Source: Parcubacteria group bacterium Gr01-1014_38 (GTDB lineage Bacteria > Patescibacteriota > Andersenbacteria > UBA10190 > CAIZMI01). From it: a DNA stretch of 64,000 bases. The stretch lies in assembly GCA_007376145.1 (NCBI GenBank), contig VMFP01000003.1, positions 28,741 to 92,740 on the forward strand. Reading direction: 5' to 3'. The position numbers and the translations under genes are program-made. Shown one piece after another: positions 35,882-46,800 of the stretch. The notes beneath the pieces are model-generated. The model saw only the letters and a program-made list of their open reading frames with translations, ran no database searches and was not told the origin of the DNA. How positions within the stretch are numbered: the first letter of the stretch is position 1; every line of letters starts with the position of its first letter.

Positions 35882-37384
35882 TCATCGTGATGGCGGAGGT
35901 GCGAGAAGAGCAGTACCGCTCCAGATGCCGTGGTCTTCCATCGTCAGCATGATGCCCTGGAAAGCCTTGAGCAATCGGTCGAATGCGCTCGACCTCTCGT
36001 CCGCCTGCGCGGTTCGTGGTTGGAGGAAGGCCCAAGGACGTTGTTGCGCTGGTGCGGCGAGACGGTTGAAGGCTTGTTGAGACCCGAGTGTCGGAGCGCG
36101 ACTGTGCATCGCGTCGATCAGCGTGAACATGGCTTCGCGGGATGAGGCGAGGAGGAGAAGATCTCCGACCAGGGCATAGTCCACGGTCTGCGCTGGCGAT
36201 CCGAAGTTGAGGTATCGGACTTTCACGTCCTGGTAGACCGTCTCCGTGAACGGCGTCTCGGGGAACGGCCTCCCGGAGACGTACGGGGCGAACGTGTTCG
36301 CAATCGGCTCGAGCCGTCTCAAGAGCTCCGCGATTCCCTCGGCGGAGAAGAGGGAGAGAACTGCAACGCCGTCGCTGCCCCGAGGTCCGGCAGAGGGGAG
36401 CGTCGCAAACACGACCGTCTCACTGATGCGTTCGCGGAGTCCCTTCACGATGTCCCGTCGTTCGCGGAGTGCGGTGACGAGGGGACGGAGCGAGTCGGGC
36501 ACGTTGTCGCGGTCAACGATGTCCGACACAAAGGAGCCGGGGAGTGGCAGGACGAACATGGCGGATGCGGGGAGGTTCCTCGCGATATCGAACGCTCGAG
36601 GCGGCACGGAGCGTTGCCCGCGGGAATCGCCGTCAAGAGCGATGTGGACATCCGCGGTCGTTGGATCCGTTTCCTTCGGCGTCAGCGCGAGCAGCGCGGG
36701 CCCGATATGCGCCAGACTCTGGAAGAAGAGCGGTTGCAGGAGGGGAGCGGTGTCGAATCGCAGTCCGATTACCACCGGCGCGTTCCCGGCGTCCAGCCGG
36801 AGAGCGCGTGAGCGAATCTTGGGGTCCTTGCCCCACGGACGATCGAATCGCCGGGGAAGCGCCGCCAGCACGTCGTGCGGGGCAATGAGTGTGCCACCCC
36901 GCACGCGCCGTACGCCGAGCGTCGGCGCGGCAGAGAGGTCGACGCGAGAGCGGCCGCGCAGGAGCACGACGGGGCGGGGTGTTGGTGATGCGTCGGTGCG
37001 CACGAGAAGCGCGGTAACGTCGGAAGCGCCGGAAACCATCTCGGGACGGAGGCCATCGATGACACCGAGTACCGCCGAGAGCACCGGACCAGTTCCGGGC
37101 GCTTTGGGGCGGACACTGACGAAGGCGACTGCGTCCGAGGGGATGCTGTCGATCAGCGATCCTCCGCTGCGGAGGAGAACGAACGCTGCGCCACCGCCGA
37201 TGAGGAGTACGACCCCTGCCACGAGAAGGAAAAGACGGCGCGAGCGTCGAAGAAGGCGAGCGGGAACCCTCGGGGGTTTTACCGGTGGTGGAAGCTCGGG
37301 GAATACCCGACGATTCGGCACGTTCGCACCGATCGTGGCTTCCATGGGTGGAGAAGTCAGAAGTTCAGCCACAGCACCGTCCAA
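35882..37384 (-). CDS. Membrane-anchored hypothetical protein
   Basis: 500-aa ORF with an N-terminal TM ('LFLLVAGVVLLIGGGAAFVLL'). No family assigned. Confidence 0.4.
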   Translation of the reverse strand: MDGAVAELLTSPPMEATIGANVPNRRVFPELPPPVKPPRVPARLLRRSRRLFLLVAGVVLLIGGGAAFVLLRSGGSLIDSIPSDAVAFVSVRPKAPGTGPVLSAVLGVIDGLRPEMVSGASDVTALLVRTDASPTPRPVVLLRGRSRVDLSAAPTLGVRRVRGGTLIAPHDVLAALPRRFDRPWGKDPKIRSRALRLDAGNAPVVIGLRFDTAPLLQPLFFQSLAHIGPALLALTPKETDPTTADVHIALDGDSRGQRSVPPRAFDIARNLPASAMFVLPLPGSFVSDIVDRDNVPDSLRPLVTALRERRDIVKGLRERISETVVFATLPSAGPRGSDGVAVLSLFSAEGIAELLRRLEPIANTFAPYVSGRPFPETPFTETVYQDVKVRYLNFGSPAQTVDYALVGDLLLLASSREAMFTLIDAMHSRAPTLGSQQAFNRLAAPAQQRPWAFLQPRTAQADERSSAFDRLLKAFQGIMLTMEDHGIWSGTALLAPPPSR

Positions 37385-37433
37385 GTATAGCGTGTGTGAA
37401 GCAGGCGGTGTGGGAAGAGTTCATCCGATTTGG

Positions 37434-37461
37434 AAGCTTCAGTCACCGACCATGGTATGAT
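37434..37461 (+). promoter_or_regulatory. Extended -10 promoter upstream of pilB
   Basis: AAGCTT...TGGTATGAT. TGn plus -10 TATGAT at 37456-37461. The same TGGTAT(A/G)(C/A)T motif recurs at 47042 and 51098. Confidence 0.4.
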
Positions 37462-37500
37462 GGATTCTGCTCGCCTTAGCCGCTATTCGAACACAAATCC

Positions 37501-39207
37501 GTGCTGCCAGAAAACGTCCTCAACGAGATTCTCGTGACACCCGGATATGTCACCGCAGCGGATTTCGGACACGCTGCCGATTATGCGCGGAAGTATCGTC
37601 TTCCCATCGAAGAGGTCATTGTGAGTCTCGGCATTCTGGAGGAAGCAGCCCTCGGCCAGATCATCGCTGACTACTACCAAGTTCCGTATGTAAATCTGCG
37701 AGGCCGGCAGATGGACAAGACGATCGTCCGCCTTGTTCCCGAAGCGCTCGCCCGCAAGCAGCAGCTCATTTTGTACGACCGTGACGCGGAGCGAGGCTAT
37801 GTGGCCATCCTCAACCCGGCGGACCGAGAGACCGTCAACATTCTCGAGAAGCATTTGGGGTTTCCCATCAAGCCGACGTACGCCTCGCCCAGCGCCATTG
37901 CGGAGGCACTCCGGGTATACCAGAAGGGCCTCCACGAGGAGTTCGAGCTCCTTATCCGCGGGCATGTGTCTGAAGCAGCGGGTCGGAAGCAGGCAGGACG
38001 CACCGGTCTCCTCGCGGCGGAAGAGGTGTCCATTGTCCGCATCGTCGAGACGATCATCAAGTACGCGTACCAGAGTCGCGCGTCTGACATTCATATGGAG
38101 CCAACCGAGCGTGAGGTTGCGGTCCGCTTCCGCATCGATGGCGTTCTCGGTGATGTGGTGGCGATCCCGAAGGACATTTACGAACTCGTCGTGATGCGGG
38201 TCAAAGTGCTCGCCCAGCTCCGGACGGACGAGCACTTGGCAGCGCAGGACGGGAAATTTCGCTTCGATGTCGTCGAGGAGGATCTCGACATCCGGGTGAG
38301 CATTGTTCCGGTGGTCCATGGCGAGAAGATCGTCCTCCGCCTCCTCTCGCAGAAGCTCCGGCGGTTCACCCTCGAAGACCTCGGGATGCAGAAAGACGAC
38401 CTCCAGAAGGTCCGCGTGGGGTTCCTGCGGCCGCACGGGATGATTTTCTCCACGGGACCGACCGGGTGCGGGAAGACGACGACCCTCTACGTGATTTTGA
38501 AGATTCTCAACACGCGCGAAGTCAACATTGCGACCATCGAGGATCCGGTGGAGTACTACATCGAAGGGGTCAACCACATCCAGGTCAATCCGAGAACGAA
38601 CCTGACCTTTGCCACGGGGCTCCGGAGTATCGTCCGTCAGGACCCGGATATTATCATGGTCGGGGAGGTCCGCGATCAGGAAACGGCGAGCATTTCGATC
38701 AACGCCGCGCTCACCGGGCACCTGGTCTTGAGCACCCTCCACACCAACGACGCGCCGACGACGCTCCCCCGCCTCCTCGATATGGGAGTGGAGCCCTTCC
38801 TCCTCGCGAGTTCCGTCAACGTCGTGATCGGCCAGCGCCTCGTGCGCAGGATCTGCCGCGACTGCCTGGTGAGTCGGGAGCTCTCCGATCAGGAACGCGA
38901 CGTTCTTCTCCGGCAGCTCCACGCCACCTCTGCCGTGCGTGCCGAGGTGGAAAGTCGCCCACGGGTCTACGGGGGGCAAGGGTGCGCGCGCTGTAATGGC
39001 CTCGGCTACCTCGGCCGCATCGGCATCTTCGAGGTCATCGCTATTGATGATGAGATTCGTCCGCTCATCATGCGGAAGGCGAGCGCCGCAGAACTTCGAG
39101 AGCGGGCCATCGCTCGCGGGATGACCACGATGCTCGAGGACGGAGTTCGGAAAGTGTTCCAGGGAGTGACCACCCTGGAAGAGCTTCTCCTCGCTGTCCA
39201 GGAGTAA
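37501..39207 (+). CDS. pilB: Type IV pilus assembly ATPase PilB (GspE family)
   Basis: N-terminal T2SSE_N-like domain, Walker A 'GPTGCGKTTT', Asp/His boxes, and the tetracysteine 'CRDC...CARCNG'. GTG start. Confidence 0.9.
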   Translation: MLPENVLNEILVTPGYVTAADFGHAADYARKYRLPIEEVIVSLGILEEAALGQIIADYYQVPYVNLRGRQMDKTIVRLVPEALARKQQLILYDRDAERGYVAILNPADRETVNILEKHLGFPIKPTYASPSAIAEALRVYQKGLHEEFELLIRGHVSEAAGRKQAGRTGLLAAEEVSIVRIVETIIKYAYQSRASDIHMEPTEREVAVRFRIDGVLGDVVAIPKDIYELVVMRVKVLAQLRTDEHLAAQDGKFRFDVVEEDLDIRVSIVPVVHGEKIVLRLLSQKLRRFTLEDLGMQKDDLQKVRVGFLRPHGMIFSTGPTGCGKTTTLYVILKILNTREVNIATIEDPVEYYIEGVNHIQVNPRTNLTFATGLRSIVRQDPDIIMVGEVRDQETASISINAALTGHLVLSTLHTNDAPTTLPRLLDMGVEPFLLASSVNVVIGQRLVRRICRDCLVSRELSDQERDVLLRQLHATSAVRAEVESRPRVYGGQGCARCNGLGYLGRIGIFEVIAIDDEIRPLIMRKASAAELRERAIARGMTTMLEDGVRKVFQGVTTLEELLLAVQE

Positions 39208-39220
39208 CGAGAGACCTCGT

Positions 39221-40435
39221 ATGGAGTTTTCCTACACGGCGACGACGGACTCCGGGGAGACGCGGACGGGCACGGTGGAAGCCGGCTCGGCTCGCGAGGT
39301 CGTGAGCGCGCTGAAGACGCAGGGACTCATTGTTCTCTCCATCCGTCCCGAGCGCGAGAGAACGCCCTGGCAGAAGCGGTTCGGGGGATGGTTCGTCCGT
39401 GCCTCGGCGACCGAGCGCGTCCTCCTCGCACGGCATCTCGCGCTCATCCTCCGCGCCGGGCTCCCGATTGACCGAGCCTTCGAAATCCTCCAATCCCAGG
39501 GGCGTAACAAGGGGCTCCGGAGAGTTCTCCACGAAATTCTCATCCGCATTCAGAAGGGGGATTCGCTCGCGGCGGCCCTGGCGCGCTACCCGACGGTCTT
39601 TCCGCCGATCTTCGTGGCCATCGTCCAGTGGGGAGAAATCGGCGGAACGCTCGTCGAGAGTCTCGAGCATCTCGCCGGTCAGCTGGAGAAGGACCACGAC
39701 CTCCGGGTGAAAGTGCGCGGGGCGCTCTTTTATCCGGCGATTGTCATCGGGGCCACCATCGTTCTCGGCGTCATCATGGCGGTGTTCATTCTTCCCCGTC
39801 TGGTCATTCTTTTCGAGTCGTTCCGCGTGGACCTCCCCCTGTCCACTCGAATCTTTCTCGCCGTCGCCCGGTTCTTCCTCCGGCGCGGGGTTCTCCTCAT
39901 CCCCCTCCTCATCGCGCTCCTCGTGGGAGCCTTCGTGGCATTCCGCTCGAAGGCGCTCCGGCCGTTCACGTCTCGGCTCATTCTCCGGATGCCCGTGTTC
40001 GGGTCCCTCATGAAGCAAGTCAACCTCGCCCGGTTCGACCGCATTCTTGGTTCGCTCCTCCGCTCCGGCATCCCCGTCGTTGATGCGCTCGGAATCACGG
40101 CAGAATCCGTGGGGAATTACCAGTACCGGCGGGCTCTCCAGGCAGTTCAGAGCGCCGTCCGAGAGGGCGTTCCCATCGGCCGCGAGATTGAGAAGTACGC
40201 GATCTTCCCAACAATTCAGACGCAGATGGTCACGGTGGGAGAGGCGACCGGCCGCTTAGCGGATGTCCTTCTGTTCCTGGCGGAGTTCACCGAACGCGAC
40301 GTTGATGCGCGGACCAAGACGCTTGCCACCGCCGTGGAACCGCTCCTGCTCATCGTGATCGGGGTGGTCGTTGGTGGGGTGGCCATCGCCATCATCACGC
40401 CCATCTATCAACTCACGGCTTCGTTCTCCAAGTGA
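39221..40435 (+). CDS. pilC: Type IV pilus inner-membrane platform protein PilC (GspF family)
   Basis: Two GspF-type repeats with TM segments. Typical 404-aa size. Confidence 0.85.
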   Translation: MEFSYTATTDSGETRTGTVEAGSAREVVSALKTQGLIVLSIRPERERTPWQKRFGGWFVRASATERVLLARHLALILRAGLPIDRAFEILQSQGRNKGLRRVLHEILIRIQKGDSLAAALARYPTVFPPIFVAIVQWGEIGGTLVESLEHLAGQLEKDHDLRVKVRGALFYPAIVIGATIVLGVIMAVFILPRLVILFESFRVDLPLSTRIFLAVARFFLRRGVLLIPLLIALLVGAFVAFRSKALRPFTSRLILRMPVFGSLMKQVNLARFDRILGSLLRSGIPVVDALGITAESVGNYQYRRALQAVQSAVREGVPIGREIEKYAIFPTIQTQMVTVGEATGRLADVLLFLAEFTERDVDARTKTLATAVEPLLLIVIGVVVGGVAIAIITPIYQLTASFSK

Positions 40436-40959
40436 CCGGGACGTCCAGGATTCCGAAGTTCGTGCCGGTGGGTCGTCGCGCCTCCGGAGGCTTCACCCTC
40501 ATCGAGATGGTCGTCACGCTTGCGATTCTCGTGGCGATGCTCGCGCTCGCCTCGCCTTTCCTCCTCTCGTTCCATACCCGCGGGCTCCTGGACGATGCGG
40601 CAGAGCAGATTTCGCAGGACCTGCGACGGGCGCAATCGTTGGCGATTGCCGGCGAGGGTTCGGATGGGGTGAGCGGGAGAAAGCACGGTGTCTATATCAA
40701 GGACACCAACCTCCCGGGGAACTGGGAGGGCTGGGTTCTGTTCACGGGGGTGTTGTACACGGATGGAGCGGCATCGAACGAAGTGCACGTGCTCCCCACC
40801 ACCGTCGATTTGGTGTCGGCTACCCTGGCGGGGGGCGGTTCAACCATCGTGTTCGCTGAGCGCACAGGACGGACGGCCGATACCGGATCCATCGTCCTCC
40901 GATCGGGCAGCGAGCAGGTCACCCTGACGGTGAACTCCGCCGGTCGGGTCTCACGCTAA
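40432..40959 (+). CDS. Prepilin-type N-terminal methylation-domain pseudopilin
   Basis: 'GGFTLIEMVVTLAIL' class-III signal. Confidence 0.6.
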   Translation: MTGTSRIPKFVPVGRRASGGFTLIEMVVTLAILVAMLALASPFLLSFHTRGLLDDAAEQISQDLRRAQSLAIAGEGSDGVSGRKHGVYIKDTNLPGNWEGWVLFTGVLYTDGAASNEVHVLPTTVDLVSATLAGGGSTIVFAERTGRTADTGSIVLRSGSEQVTLTVNSAGRVSR

Positions 40960-40963
40960 GGCG

Positions 40964-43882
40964 ATGCGGACGTCCCCGTCCGGTCAGATTCTCCTCGAAG
41001 CTCTTCTTGGCCTCGGCGTCGTGACGGTACTCGGCGGGTTTGTGACCGTCGCGCTCCTCGAGACGCTCTTGACGGACCGGAGCGGAAAGGAGCGGACGCA
41101 GGCGGCGAGTCTCGCTGCGGAGGGTGTCGAGGCCGCCCGGGCGATCCGCGATCGCGGCTGGCATCTCCTCGCGGACGGCCCGCACGGCATTGCGCGCACG
41201 GCCAGCCCGAATTCCTACGCGTTTCAGGGCGCGCAAGACACGACGGGGATCTACACCCGCGCCGTCACGGTTTCGCCGGTCTACCGCGCGACCACCGGGG
41301 GCATTACGGACGACCGCGCCACAAGCTCTCTCGATCCGGACACGAAGAACGTCCGGTCGAGCGTGCGGTGGAATCGCGGCGGGGGGTTCGTCCTGGACGT
41401 GACGCTCACGACGCTCCTCACGAACAAGCCCGCGCGCACCTGGCTGGAAACGCTCGAGAGCGAATTCCTCCAAGACACTCGGTGGAACACGCAGGTGCAT
41501 CCCGCGCCTCCCCCGCCCTCTGGAAACGGTTCGGTCCGGCTCCAGTCGTTCGGCGGTGCCGGTTTCGGCGGAGCCCCGGTTCTCGAAGGGGAGTACGACT
41601 TCAACGCGAACGGACCGACGGATGGGCGGGACGTCGCGGTCGTGGACGGTCACGCCTTCGTGGCCACCGGATCGAATGCGGGCGGTGCGGCGCTCTACAT
41701 TCTCGACGTCTCGCTTCCCCGAACGCCGAGGCTGGTGGGGAGCGCCGATCCCGGCGGGCGGCTGCTCTCCGTGGCCGTCGCCGGGGAATACGCGTACCTG
41801 GGGACCGATCGGAATCTGGGGGAACTGCGCGTGATTGATATTCGGAACCTCTCCGCTCCCGTGGCGGGAGCGGAAATTAATGTCCCCGGGAATGCGAGCG
41901 GCGCCAGCCTCGCCGTGGATGGCCGCTTCCTGTACCTCGGGACCAGCCGCGGGGACTTCAGCGTCTTTGGCCTCGATACCCCATCCACGCCAGTGCGCCT
42001 GGCGACGCTCTCGCTCCCAGGAACCCCCAGTATTCGGGGAATCGCCACCCGCGGCTCACTCGTCTACCTCGCCACCAGCGCCAACGACGCCGAGGTTCAG
42101 GTACTCGATGTTTCCGCCGTCGGGACTGGGGGGCCGCCACGGGTCGTCGGAACCCTGGATTACCCGGGCAGCGAGGACGCGACGAGCATCGTGGTCTCTG
42201 GCCGAGCAGCGTACGTGACGAATGAGCACCTCGAGCCGTTTCCGGATCATGGAGAACTGTTCATCCTTGACCTGGCGGACCCGCGGAGTCCCACCGTGTC
42301 CGGGACGCTTCTCGTTGATGGCCAAGCGCTTGATGTCGCGGTCCTCGGGTCGTTCGCGTACCTTGCGACCTCGGCGCCCACTGCCGAGTTTCAGCGCGTC
42401 ACGGTGACGAACCCCGCTGCGCCGGTTCTGTCCGGGACGGTCAATCTGGCCGGACCGGCTCGCGCGATCGCCGTTTCCGGACCGTTTCTGCACCTCACGA
42501 CGGACGGCAATACGCAGGAGTACGCGGCGATCGGGAATAACCCGATCAGTCCCGTGGCCCTGGCCGCGAAAGGCACGGTGGATCTTCCCGGATCGGCGGA
42601 CGCCCGGGCGATCGTCCTTCACCACACCACGGCGTTTGTGGGAACGCTCGAAAACCCCGCGGGACCAGAGTTCTGGGCCGCGGATGTCCGGAACGCGTCC
42701 TCGCCCGTCACCATCGGAAGTTTCGAGGTTGGCGCCTCGGTGCGTGCTCTCGCCGTAGACGGCTCGTACGCGTACCTCGCGACCACGAAGGACGACGCCG
42801 AGCTGATCGTCCTGAACGTCTCGAATCAGGCGCTTCCGACCCTTGTTGGAAGTTTCGATCTCCCGGGGCCGCAGGACGGGCGCGGTGTTTCGGTGTACGG
42901 CACCCGCGTCGTCCTCGTGCGGGATGCCGTCCCCAATCAGCCGTGGCTTTCGGTGCTGGACGCGCTCTCGCCGCTTCCGCCCGGTCCCGTGCGCGGGTCG
43001 CTTGCCAGCGCTCTCGGCAGCTTTCTCGGCGGCCGCGGCGTCAGCCTCGGCGGAGCGCACGCCTACGTTCCGGTCCAGAACACGAACGATCCCGATGGGG
43101 AGCTCCAGCGGGTGTCGCTCGTGACCGTGACCGCTCCCCTGACGACCGGCGCCTACAATGCGGCGGGGGCAGGCGAGGGCCGGTCCGTCTTCGCCCAAGG
43201 ACGCTTCTTCTCCCTCGTCACCGACGAGCGCGCCGGCGGGAGCCCGGAGTTCTTCATGGTCACTGCCGGAAGTCCCTCCGAACCCCTCACGCTCGAGACG
43301 CCCACCAGCGCTCTTGACCTTCAGGGAGCCGGTGAGACCCTCCAAGTGTTCGGTCCGGTCGCGTACGTGGGAACGCGCGCGCCCACCAGAGAATTCCAAG
43401 TCCTCGATCTTCAGAATCGGAGTTCGCCGTCGCGGCGGTTGAGCTGGACGGCGGCCGGGGGAGTCTACGGCGTCGCCGTCGCGGACGACTTTCTCTACCT
43501 GGCGACCGGGAATGACGCCGGAGAGTTCGTGATTCTCGAAGGGAAGGACAGCGGGTTCGCCGGCGAAGGCACGATCGAATCCATTCCCTTCGATGCGGGA
43601 TCAGACGCGACGGTGTTCCTCCGCCTCGCGTGGCAGGCGATCGCCAACGGCGGTGTGGTAAAATTCCAGATACGAACCGGGATGACCCAAAGCCAACTCT
43701 TGGCGGCGCCCTACGTCGGTCCGGATGGCACGGCCGCGACGTACTACCAGAGCTCTCCTGCGGCGTTGACGAACCCCGTTGGGCAGCCGCTGGTGGCACG
43801 GTGGTTCCAGTGGAAGGGAACCTTGAACGGGGATGGGTCGGCGAGCCCCGAGCTCCAGGAAGTGGCGGTCGGCTTCCGGTAG
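40964..43882 (+). CDS. Giant pilin-like protein with LVIVD-type beta-propeller repeats (paralog 1)
   Basis: Prepilin-like N-terminus 'SGQILLEALLGLGVV' (G|Q...E+5). More than ten repeats of the pattern 'L(V/Y)xLDVSxPxxPxxVGxxxLPGxAxxxAVxGxYAY(L/V)AT'. Confidence 0.6.
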   Translation: MRTSPSGQILLEALLGLGVVTVLGGFVTVALLETLLTDRSGKERTQAASLAAEGVEAARAIRDRGWHLLADGPHGIARTASPNSYAFQGAQDTTGIYTRAVTVSPVYRATTGGITDDRATSSLDPDTKNVRSSVRWNRGGGFVLDVTLTTLLTNKPARTWLETLESEFLQDTRWNTQVHPAPPPPSGNGSVRLQSFGGAGFGGAPVLEGEYDFNANGPTDGRDVAVVDGHAFVATGSNAGGAALYILDVSLPRTPRLVGSADPGGRLLSVAVAGEYAYLGTDRNLGELRVIDIRNLSAPVAGAEINVPGNASGASLAVDGRFLYLGTSRGDFSVFGLDTPSTPVRLATLSLPGTPSIRGIATRGSLVYLATSANDAEVQVLDVSAVGTGGPPRVVGTLDYPGSEDATSIVVSGRAAYVTNEHLEPFPDHGELFILDLADPRSPTVSGTLLVDGQALDVAVLGSFAYLATSAPTAEFQRVTVTNPAAPVLSGTVNLAGPARAIAVSGPFLHLTTDGNTQEYAAIGNNPISPVALAAKGTVDLPGSADARAIVLHHTTAFVGTLENPAGPEFWAADVRNASSPVTIGSFEVGASVRALAVDGSYAYLATTKDDAELIVLNVSNQALPTLVGSFDLPGPQDGRGVSVYGTRVVLVRDAVPNQPWLSVLDALSPLPPGPVRGSLASALGSFLGGRGVSLGGAHAYVPVQNTNDPDGELQRVSLVTVTAPLTTGAYNAAGAGEGRSVFAQGRFFSLVTDERAGGSPEFFMVTAGSPSEPLTLETPTSALDLQGAGETLQVFGPVAYVGTRAPTREFQVLDLQNRSSPSRRLSWTAAGGVYGVAVADDFLYLATGNDAGEFVILEGKDSGFAGEGTIESIPFDAGSDATVFLRLAWQAIANGGVVKFQIRTGMTQSQLLAAPYVGPDGTAATYYQSSPAALTNPVGQPLVARWFQWKGTLNGDGSASPELQEVAVGFR

Positions 43883-43892
43883 GGTGGTGAGT

Positions 43893-46800
43893 ATGCGGAC
43901 GAGGCGCTTTCGCGCGCAGGGCCAGGCGCTCCTCGAAGTGCTCGTGAGCCTCGCGGTGGTCTCCATTCTCGGGTTCGCGGTGATCTCGGTCGTGCTCGAT
44001 TCTCTCGCTGCCGGCCGGATCGGTACCGAGCGGGCTGGCGCCCTCGCGTCCGCGGCGGAAGGAATGGAGGCGGCGCGCCAGATCCGTTTCCGCACGTGGC
44101 GGGCGCTCTCCACCGGCTTCCATGGCGTGACCACCGAGACCGCCGGGGACGAAACGCGGTACGCCTTCAGCGGCGCGAATGATACGCGGGGGATGTTCAC
44201 CCGAACGGTGACGGTCGATCAGGCACAGCGTGACGCTCCCGGGAATCTCGTCGACTCCGGAGGAACGACTGATCCCGATACGCGCCGCGTGGCTTCCACC
44301 GTGTCCTGGGGGACGGGGATCACCGCTCGTTCCGTGAACCTGATCAGCTATCTGACCCACTGGAACCGCCGCTCCTGGGTTGAGACGCTCAAGAGCGAAT
44401 TCAATCAAGGGGTCCTCACGGATACGGAAGCGCTCGACGCGCCTCCACCGCCGACCGGGAATGGTTCAGTTCGCCTGCGCCGGATCGTCTCCGGTTCCTC
44501 GTCCTTGAATGTCAAGGGGGCCTACAACTTTAACGCGACGGGCCCGTCCGACGGGCGCGACGTCGCCGTGTCGGGAGGGTACGCCTACCTCGTGACCGCC
44601 CTTGGAGTGGGGATCTCTCGCCTCTACGTGATTGACGTCTCGACCGCCAGCACGCCGGTCTGGAAGAACCCTGACGGTGGCGGGCTCAATACGGGGGCAA
44701 AGAACTACGCCGTTGCGGTCTCGGGGAATTACGCCTACGTGGCGACCGATGACAACAACGGCGAACTGAAAGTCATCAACGTGGCGAATCCCAGTTCCCC
44801 CGCGCTCCTTCCTCTCTGTGCGGATTGCAATCTCCCCGGGAACGCGGACGCGTTGAGCGTGGCGGTGGACGGTTCTCGCCTCTACGTGGGCACGGCCGCG
44901 AACACCACCCAGTTCTACGTCTTCGATGTGAGCCAGCCAGCCACGCCTGTGCGCCGCGGCAGCCTCTCGGTCCACGCACCCGCGCCGGATGTTCGCGGGA
45001 TCTCGCCTGCCGGCAATTACGTCTACCTCGCCACCACCGCGGATGCGGCGGAGGTGGTCGTCGTGAATGTCACGATCCCCAGCAGTCCCTCCGTCGCCGG
45101 CACGGAAAACCTCGACGGAGCGAGCGATGCGACGAGCCTCGTCGTCACCGCCAACCGCGCGTACGTGACCCGCCTCGGGGACGTGCAGTTTGTCGTCTTA
45201 AACCTGTCCAACCCCATTGATCCGAGTCCCCTCGGCTCCGTCTCGCTCGGCGCGCCGGCGACGGACCTCGCCGTGTCCGGCACGTACGCCTACGTCTCGA
45301 CCGAAGGGTCCGAGCGAGAGTTCATCCGCGTCAATGTGTCGGACCCGGGCATCCCGGCCCTTGACGGCCTCGTCAACCTCCGCGACAACTCGCCCGCGCG
45401 CGGGGTTGCGTTCACCGGTTCCTGCGCCTACGTGGCCACCAATGGGAACGATCAAGAACTCGCCATTATCTGCGGCGTCGGGGCCACCGATCCCCTCACC
45501 GTCCTCTCGTGGTTCGACACGCCCGTGGGCTCCACCAATGCACCCTCGGTGGCGCTTCAGGGGACCGTTGCCTACCTTGGGACCGGGGACGCATTCTACG
45601 CCTTCGATGTGAGCCAGCCAGCCACGCCCGCGCTTCTCGGGAGATTGAGTCTGCCGGGTCTGCCGGCAGCTGGCGTGCACGATATCGCGGTGAGCGGGTC
45701 CTACGCCTACCTCGCGACGTCGAGTCTCACCGAGTCGCTCGTCATCGTTGACGTCTCGAATCCCGCGAGTCTTGTTCGCAGAGGGTCGTACAACGCGGGG
45801 AAAGGCGGGCTCTCCGTCGCCGTCTATGGACCCGATCTCGTCTTCCTCGGGACGGACGCGGAGGGGGGGGGAGGGTTGTTCGTCGTCTTGAACGTCTCGA
45901 ACCCCGCGACGCCGTCCTTCGTGGGGCAGGCGACGATCAACGCGTCCATCACGGATATCGCGGCGGCGGAGAGCAACGCGGCGTACGTCACGCTCAATCG
46001 GGATCTGCCCCCCTGCGGTCCTCCTCCGGTCGGTGCCGCGCCGGGAGGGTTTCGATCCTTCGTCCGGCGATGGGTCTTCCCCGTGGCCTACGCCGTTCCG
46101 TGCTTGGGTCGGGCGCCGTCATCTTCTGCGCTCGCAAGACTCGGAGAGTTCTTCCGCCGCATCTTCGCGGTGCGCACCGCGTATGCGTTCCACGACACGG
46201 CGGAGATTCAGCGGGTCGACGTCTTGAATCCCGCGAGCCCGGCCTTCGGCGCCTTGTTCAACGAAGCCGGAAATGATAACGGCAGCGGCGTCGTCGTTTC
46301 CGGACCCTCCATTTACCTTGTCACGATGGATAAATTTGGGGAGGTACCGGAGTTCTATATTCTGAACTACGTCGCGGGCCCTCCCGACGCGCTCCAGCTC
46401 GAGAATGCCGGGAGCGCCCTCGACATCGGCACGCAGGTGCGAGGATTGGCCCAGCACGATGATCTTGCCTACCTCGCGGTGGACGTAGAAGGGCCCGGGG
46501 GGTTCCAGGTCGTGGATGTCACGAACCACGCCTCGCCCGTTCTGCGCAACACCCTCGATCTCGGAAATGTGGGGTCGCATTCCGTCGCGGTGTCCGGCAC
46601 GTACGGCTACCTGGCCGCGCACGATCCGCGGGAATTCATCATCGTAAAGAACATTGACTCCATCGGCTACGTCGCCCAAGGCACGTTCGCCTCGATTCCC
46701 TTCGACGCGGAGACGATCCGCGGGTGGGAGCGGATCGGGTGGACCGCCGATCTGAACGGAGGCACCGTCAGGTTCCAGGTGCGCTGGGCGGACCCAGTTC

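Noticed and set aside
42056-43399. 447-aa minus-strand ORF inside the LVIVD-repeat protein gene
   Set aside because: Arg-rich antisense translation. The plus-strand repeat protein is supported by an internally repeated, paralog-conserved sequence.
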